64,000 nt of DNA from Flaccisagitta enflata (lineage: Eukaryota): contig OZ231126.1 of the NCBI GenBank assembly GCA_965153355.1, positions 45,694,001-45,758,000 on the forward strand. The letters are read 5' to 3'. The stretch's first letter is position 1. Each line of letters starts with the position of its first letter. Below, one piece after another: positions 55,269 through 64,000 of the stretch. The notes beneath the pieces are model-generated. The model ran no database searches, was not told the origin of the DNA, and worked only from the letters and a program-made list of their open reading frames with translations. The position numbers were made by a program, and so were the translations under genes.

Positions 55269-56227
55269 CAGATACAGAGGTAATGTTCATTTTTTTTTTT
55301 AAATCTTACCTCTCTTTTGCACGCCATCCCCACTTTCAAACCCATTTTACTGTCAAATGTCAAACTTCGTCACGCTGCCTTTAATTTTTGTTATTCTGTG
55401 TAATTCTTATCTACATTATATTTAGCTGTCAAATTCAAAAATATCACTTTGTTCACCTTTGAATACGATAAACAATATAAAAAGTGAAAAAAAGACTTTT
55501 TCTTTTAACCTTCCTTTGAATCATTGCGAAGCACCTGTTTTGTTCTAAATCAGATTATCACGCATAGTGTAAAAAAGATAAATTCTCTCGTTAGTTTCCG
55601 CTTAAGATCACTCTGGTGGTCAACCATTTGTCTAATTCTAATTAGTATAGTAAGATAGTTTCAATTTTTAAATGCCATAAATAGTTGGAAGAAACGTTTA
55701 TTTTACTTCTATAGGTGACAATGCTGCCCGATATATTCTTTTAAATTACGCATTCATCAGTGGCGTAGCTCTGATAAAAAACATACTAACGTTGCGAGTG
55801 TTAAAGGGCATTCCAAAATATGTGACAATATGACTCTAGGAAAGTTCCTATCTTTTACCATTCTGTTATTCGAAATCGTTCGCCAATTAAATTACCACAC
55901 TGCCTTTGTCTTTCGAGGTTTTATTTTTGTTCTTGCTATTTTTTTTTTCTTGTTCCTTCACCTTTGGCGCAGAGTTGAAATCAAAGTCCACTTTTAACGT
56001 TTTTCATTTGTTCATAAGCTTGATGGTTTTCGTTACTTTCTTAAGACTCTCCACCTTTGATCAACACGTTTGAAAAAAGCTGTCGATTCTGATAATCTTT
56101 ATCAAAAAGGAATAGCTTTTTTTTTCCTCTTTTAAAATCAAGGAATTTTTCTCGGATTTTCTTTTTCCTATGAAGCTAAGAGAAAGACAAGTTAATCAAG
56201 TTAAGGAGAGAGTAATATTCTGTACAC

Positions 56228-56353
<126 letters not shown>

Positions 56354-56703
56354 CCACCGTTGTGGTGTTCTGATGCTGCTGCTAGTATATTTTCTCATAA
56401 AGAACCTGATAGATGTTAAAGCACAATCAAGCAACCATCAGTTCATCATGCAAATCGCATTATTGTATTTTCTTACACGTTTTCCTCTTTTGCCTTAGTT
56501 TTTTTCTTTCCGTTTGTTTCTAAAGGAGTTGTCATCCAATGATGTGATTATGAAATATGATGAAAGCGAACCAACTCCAAGATAAGAGCAAGAGAAGTCA
56601 TGCCAAGAAACTTTTGCTGTTTTTTTTTTCTTTTATTGTTCTTGGTTTTATTTCACACAAGAAATGGAATCTGATGCAAAACGTTTATATTGATGTAATG
56701 AGG

Positions 56704-56740
<37 letters not shown>

Positions 56741-56953
56741 AATATTTTCCTGACCGTGCATACAATTGCGATCTGAGTTCACTTTGCATTGTGCACATTT
56801 GCGCCTTTGGAGCATTTGAACTTAAGGCACAAGCAACGTTCTTTTTTTTTTTTGCCTTAAGAACGTTCAAGAAGCTTTCAATTACGTCTCAGCAGTTTTC
56901 TGCCCGTCCTCTAAGGCAACCTTTTTGGCGTCCAATCTGTCATTTTCCTTTTC

Positions 56954-57031
<78 letters not shown>

Positions 57032-58349
57032 TTTCTTTCTTCCTTTCTTTCTTTCATTTTTTCTTTGTTTTCTTTCTTTTTTTCTTTTTTTCTTTTTTTC
57101 TCTCTTCCATTCTTTCTTTCTTTCTCTTTTTCTTTCTTTCCTTCCTTCTTTCTTACTGGCTTCTTGAGCAACTTGTCTCAGCCTTCATTTCTTCTTCCTT
57201 TGCCTTTCTTAGGAAAGTCTTTCTCTGCCTTCCGCTTTCTTTGGTAGTCTCTTGTTTTCATCATTTCATCACTTTGCCTTTGCTATTTCCTTGCCTACCA
57301 CATTTCCTTTCCTTTCCTCCTTTCCATCACTTTCGGTTTCCTAACCCTAACCCATTCTCCCCTCCCCCCTTCCCCCCCTTCCCACTAATCCATCCCCCAA
57401 ACTTTGTCTCTCACTTCAAAGGAGTCACCTTTGATTCTTCCAATAAGCGCGTTTCACCTTCTTTCACCTTTTTCGGGCTCCCGCCACCTGGTGACATATT
57501 TTTTTCCTCACCACTCGCTCAGCTCTCATTTTTCGGCATCTCCATCATCATCAAGTTCGTGTCGTTGGCACCTGTGCTTCCTCTTTCTCTCGTTATATTT
57601 CTCTCTTTTCACTCGCTCAGACGTGAGAGCAATTCTTCCCATTTTTAGCTTTCTGCGTCTTTTTTTTTCTTTCGTTTTCCACGTCAAATCATAAGCACTA
57701 AGCTGAGGAGATGGCGTTTTAGATGTTCTATTTTTTTTTTCTGAGTTTGTGTGACTGTGAGTAAAAACTGAGTGTACCTTTCAATCGCCGCGGCATTACC
57801 CACACGTAATCATGTTATGATATTTGTTTTTTAACCTACGTAATAAAACTATTTCTTTTATAAGGAAGGCATATTCTGTCCCCATCTCCTACTCAAATTC
57901 TTAATCTCGTCACAAGTTCAATGATCCCGTTTGAACTTTTGACCTTGGGTACAAACTAGTGCACCTTCCCTGCCGCCGCGGGTAACTGCCTTTAATTAAC
58001 GCAGGTTATCCCATTTTCTCTCGTTCATGTCAGGTCACGGATAATTAGTTCATGAATGCAGGTGCTTTCCTTTTCAAAACGAATTATATTCTTTGATTGA
58101 TTTTCATTCCTTTTTGAGACCACGTAATTGCGCGCGTAAACACAAATTCCCAACTGATGGACAAGGTAACAACGATTAATGAAGTGAGAAATGACAAAGA
58201 ATAATGATACTTAAAGTGAGATTCTACCAGCAAATAAAACTTTTACTTACAAATCAATTTACTTTTGAACTCTGGTTTGGTCAAGCTAAGGAAAAAAAAG
58301 AACAAACTTTCAAATCTTTCTGCTTTTTTACCGCCATCGTGATCGTGTG

Positions 58350-58483
<134 letters not shown>

Positions 58484-58487
58484 CATT

Positions 58488-58883
<396 letters not shown>

Positions 58884-58965
58884 CAGGAAGTGCGTTTTCC
58901 GCAGGACGACGCGTCTCTTATTTTCTTTTCCTTCTCGCGCTTGTGTCTGAAGGCAGGTGAAAAAA

Positions 58966-59122
58966 GGAATCGATTGAAAGTTGTTCCGAAGAATGTTTCA
59001 CAGTGGTTATGAAATGATGTCGGTGTTTATCACAACTTGTGGGAATCGATTGAAAGTTGTTCCGAAGAATGTCTCACAGTGGTGATGAAATGATGTCGGT
59101 GTTTATCACAACTTGTGGGAAT
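58966..59122. repeat. 76-bp tandem duplication
   Basis: Units start GGAATCGATTGAAAG at 58966 and 59042 with 2 mismatches. GGAAT recurs at 59118. Confidence 0.92.
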
Positions 59123-59469
59123 AAACGTCATTCACTAAGCCTGTAAGCCAAGACAGATGAATGCAATCGAATGTCAAAGCAAAGGAAGAAATCGGATAAA
59201 TTTTGTATAAATTTTGGAAGAAACGATTGAAGTTGCGCAATAACATCAAACATAAAACGAGAACCTTTCTTTCCCAAGGATTTGGCATTCATACATGAAT
59301 TGTTATTCACCGCAAAGGGTTGCACTTATTCTTCATCTTACAAAATGAAGATCTACTGAAGTTTAGATCAATTTACATCCAAGATAAGACAGACATTTCA
59401 CCTTTCATGTGTCCATTAAAATAATTAGATTTAAACGAAATTCGAATACCTTTCTTTACGAATTTTCTT

Positions 59470-59579
<110 letters not shown>

Positions 59580-60883
59580 TGAAAATGTCCTAACCTGAAC
59601 TTGTTATTAGAAAGCACGTAATAATTCCAAATAGAAGAACAAATATAAATCACCTTATTAGCGCTCCCCATCGCCGTCGTCTTCATTGTCGTCGTCATCG
59701 TCATCATCGTCATCGTCTTCGCCATTTCCTTTCTTTTACGTAGCGGCAGCGGCGAATTCTTAATTACTTCTTAATTGCAAAAATTATAGTTTTACCTTTA
59801 ACTCGACACGTTGAGGCATTCTCACGGCGTACTTGATATTCAAAACATTTTTTTTTCTGTCTCGCCCTCTCGCCCTCTCCATCCATCCCATTGCCCCAGG
59901 AGAAAAGTAAAATGAAGGTAGGACAGACAGGCAGGGGCGGCAATACTAACAGACTACAGACATTGTTACACTAAGATATAGACAGAAAAACAGACTGAAA
60001 ATGGAAATTCATACGGATTTATAGCGTATGATGGTGGTAACAGAGAAGAGAAACGACAGTGGGGACAGAGGAGGATAGAAAATAGAGTGATTAAGAGGTG
60101 TCACCGGTGCAGGGGTTCGGAAGGTTTCACCGTTGATTACCATTGGAATGTGGGCCTTATTCGTGAGACATGTCGAGTGTCGGTATTTTAGCCCGAGAAC
60201 GCGTTGTGTAACGAAAGATAATTAAAAATATTTAGAAATATTTCTAAAAGATTCATTGGTGTTTAGAATTCTTGTACGAGAGGTCAAATGGATGGGGTAT
60301 GAAGCATGAAGGTAACGTTAGATACTTATCAAGAAACGTACTGAGTCTTTGGATTTGACACAACGCAACGACAACGAAGTTTTCAATCCTTTGGTTGTTA
60401 AAAAACCTCCTACAAAAATATGGCTCCTGATGATGGATGATGCATTAGCCTTGAATTCAAAAAGCTTCAGATTGATTATTTTGAAAAGGTAACATGCAAG
60501 CCGGACGGTTCTTTTTATTTAGAAATGTATGATATGAAAAAAACTTTGAAAAGGAGGAGGCGATATTCCCACTGGGCAATGATCTGCCCTCCCTTTCCTT
60601 CCTCACTTTCACAGTTTGAGTAGTCGCCCTCGCGGATGTACACAAACACAACAAGAATATCGCGGTTAATGATGATGATGATATTCTGGTTGAAAGCGAT
60701 CCAGCCACAGCTCAAATCGCTTTATCACGAATGTAAACAAAAAAAAAACAAACAATCGATTTGCCCTTAGACTACATCTGCTTTTGTGACAAATGATGGG
60801 TGTTGTTGATTCTTGTCAGACGGAAATGGCCACACGTGTGTCGTCAACGTTGGTTTGTTGTTGTTGTTGTTGTTGTTGTTTTT

Positions 60884-60979
<96 letters not shown>

Positions 60980-60981
60980 GC

Positions 60982-61048
<67 letters not shown>

Positions 61049-61163
61049 ACTGTTGTTGTCGTTGTTGTCGTTGTTGCCACAGATGCACGACTATGGAATC
61101 GGTCTTACAGCATTTTATCCTATTCTAATTGTTAATGCACCGGATGTATTCTGGACAATTTGC

Positions 61164-61234
<71 letters not shown>

Positions 61235-61390
61235 CTGCCTCCGTCACATGGTCATTAAGAGTATGTTTGTTGAGTCTGGTCAGATCTTTCCATCATTAAC
61301 GCAGTCATTCTTCTTCTCAATCCTCCTTCCCTTGCTTCACTACGACTCTTTCTGTTCTGTGCAAAGTTGAGGTGACTTCAGATAAACTGG

Positions 61391-61458
<68 letters not shown>

Positions 61459-61776
61459 GGTGTTGTTGTTGTTGTTGTTGTTGTTGAGGTGGTTGCATAT
61501 CATCCCTGCTTGACTTGGTCGATTGAAACCCCTGCTGATTTTCAACCCCCCCCCCCCTTTTTTTTCCCGCATAGGCCTTATCTTTATCTCGTTATCGTGT
61601 CTCCTTAAACTATCTTTTGCTTCTTTTCTTTGTTAAACCGATCCGCTGGTCATTTTCGTGCCTGTGGGAAGTTAAAGAGATGAAAAGGGTGAGTTTTAAG
61701 GGTAAGGTGAGTTTTAGGCTCGGACATCACGGGAGATGGGGGTCAAGAAAATGTTGGTTAGTATCCGAGGTGAGAG

Positions 61777-61908
<132 letters not shown>

Positions 61909-62007
61909 GCATGGTTGATCGAATAACCGGTCACCTCGCAGTCAGTTTGTAGACATGATTGCCTTTTGCATCTGGACTTCAGTGGTAGTTGAGGTGAAAC
62001 CGTGCAG

Positions 62008-62076
<69 letters not shown>

Positions 62077-62622
62077 GTAAAAGACCGACCGACAGTAGTA
62101 AGAGACAGAAAGAGAGATAGACTGACTGACCCACCAGAAATAATATTGCGTAAACGGTACAGAGAGGTATAAAAATAATAATGTATCACAGCTTCAAAGG
62201 TAGATGAAGCGTAGGAAAGAAAAAAAAACGGTTGGGCCAAGAACCGACAAAGAGGCATTGTTTTTCTCTTTCTCTTTCTCGGTGCAGTGATAAAACCATT
62301 TCGAGAGGTGGTGCTTGATCCCTCTCTCGTTCGGTACTAAACCATGGGGGAGTGGGGAAAGGGAGGGAGGCTCATGAGAAAAGCACGAAGAAAATTAGGG
62401 GGTGGGGAAAAAGGAGCAAAGGGAAGATGCGCGATTTATGGATGGTCAAATGTTTAAACCGAGGGATTTTAGAGGAGTTTGGGGAAACGATGATGGGATT
62501 AAGGTAATCCGCGTATCTGCGAGTCAAGTGCTAAAACCCCGTGCTGAGCCCCTCGCTGCCTACTGAGCAGTGCTACTTGCTGCATACAGCTGTGCTGTAT
62601 CGCCAGATAGCTCCTATGATGG

Positions 62623-62731
<109 letters not shown>

Positions 62732-63094
62732 CCGCTCTTTCATCTGCGTTTTTCTGCGTTCTTTTCTCACCTTCTCACTTGCCCGTCAAAAGTCGTAACT
62801 CAGGCATGTGATATGATTTCAGTCTTCAAAAAGATATGATGTGAGTAGAACCTGGCCGTGAAAGAATGTGTAAGGAGTTTCAAGGTAGCCTCAGCTCGCG
62901 TTTGGTCACGAACGAGCGCGAAATTCTTTTCGCCTTTACTTGAGAATCGCGTGAGGAATACATCTTTCGGCTATTTTGGTTCTCTCATTACCCATTAGTA
63001 GTCAGAGAGGTTATTGGTCAAGAGACTCAGTCTCGAATATATATTCAAGTTACCTTTACGGTTTAAGATACGAAAGAATGTACACTTGGGTTTT

Positions 63095-63330
63095 GAATGC
63101 GCGGGCGCGCTCGGCGTATCATGGGTCGCAGAGTTTGGACTTTAATCCTTGCTTGACTGGCTCTACGGATGCGCGCGTTGGCTGGTGAAGCGGTTTCATT
63201 TGATGCCAAAACGCACCGTAAAGCGTAGATCTCAGCGGAGCGTAGCGGAGCGCGACGCAGATTGGCTACGTGACACAGAGTCTCTGAAACCCAAATGTGA
63301 TGGGACGTGTTAATCACCTGACGTCTCAAC
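63095..63330. promoter_or_regulatory. CpG-rich promoter-like patch
   Basis: Dense CGCG runs, ATTGG (CCAAT box) next to ACGTGAC at about 63261-63274, TGACGT at about 63319. Confidence 0.3.
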
Positions 63331-63435
63331 TGTCAATTTTGAAAATCGACCGTCTTAACAATTTATTCCTCTCCTTCGTACAAATTGAATTGACGCGTGC
63401 GTTAGAGGGGCAAAGAGATCAAGATGGGAATGACG

Positions 63436-63484
<49 letters not shown>

Positions 63485-63850
63485 TTACATAAATAATGTC
63501 ATTATCTTTTGCTTTAGCGAGGTCTTAGTAATTTCATATCTTTCCTGAGAGTCTTTTTTTTTTTAACCCGTATCACCATCGAAGACAAGCGAGAGAAATT
63601 GTCAAGTTTGTGATTCAGTATTCATTTGTCTCTTCTACTCTTCCTGTGCTTCTTTTTTTTTTTTCCGGCGTTGTGAAATGCCAATGAAGATGCGCGCGCA
63701 AGGAGACAAATTTTGTGCGTTTGTGATTCTGTGTTCATCGAATCCTCATTTTCCGCGACGACGGAATTCCGATGAGGACAAAATCCAAGGTCAAAAGGTC
63801 ACTTCAACGCGCAGCCGTGACGAATATGCCTGGTGGAAGATGCAATGAAA

Positions 63851-63976
63851 GGGGGGGGGGAGATGGCGCCTGGTGGGGAGGAGGGTGGGAGATGGCGGTG
63901 TGGGGGAGATGGCGCCTGGTGGGGATGAGGGTGGAAGATAGCTGTGGGGGGTGGGGAGATGGCGCCTGGTGGGGAG
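63851..63976 (+). repeat. G-rich GGGGAGATGGCGCCTGGT repeats, G-quadruplex-capable
   Basis: At least ten closely spaced runs of 3 or more G. Confidence 0.7.
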
Positions 63977-64000
63977 TAGAGGTCCTTGGAATTAAGCGCC

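Noticed and set aside
56557-57648. 363-aa ORF, the longest in the window
   Set aside because: Runs through (GA)n, (CTTT)n and pyrimidine-rich sequence that lacks stops; F/S/L-biased with no domain.
59080-59100. GTGATGA as a box C snoRNA motif
   Set aside because: Present in only one unit of a tandem duplication, with no suitably placed box D or terminal stem.
60457-60715. Signal-peptide-like ORF (LTAIFLLCLCTSARA)
   Set aside because: No ATG, an in-frame TGA just upstream, no convincing splice acceptor, and several frames are equally open.

Overview
Eukaryotic, AT-rich, microsatellite-dense DNA, most likely intronic/intergenic sequence from an invertebrate. The repeat landscape suggests a crustacean, but that is inference only. 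No complete protein-coding gene, rRNA, functional tRNA or CRISPR array can be supported; nearly all listed ORFs are artefacts of (CT)n, (CA)n, (AAC)n, (GTCY)n and (AAAG)n tracts. The window is a layered mosaic of non-autonomous DNA transposons. It holds more than 15 DINE-1/HINE-like (Helentron-associated) elements in several subfamilies and about a dozen MITEs with TA, 5-, 7-, 8- and 9/11-bp target duplications, often nested (up to four deep at 18.8-23.6 kb, around a possible Kolobok-like transposase relic). The largest structure is an inverted duplication (34189-41639 versus 49177-52920, about 6% diverged in the segment counted). It carries decayed coding-like sequence and a tRNA-Arg-derived relic, and its two copies give paired empty/filled insertion sites. 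Candidate minus-strand exons, including a duplicated terminal exon, lie at 12.4-18.2 kb. A CAGGTA motif cluster and a CpG-rich promoter-like patch lie near the right end.
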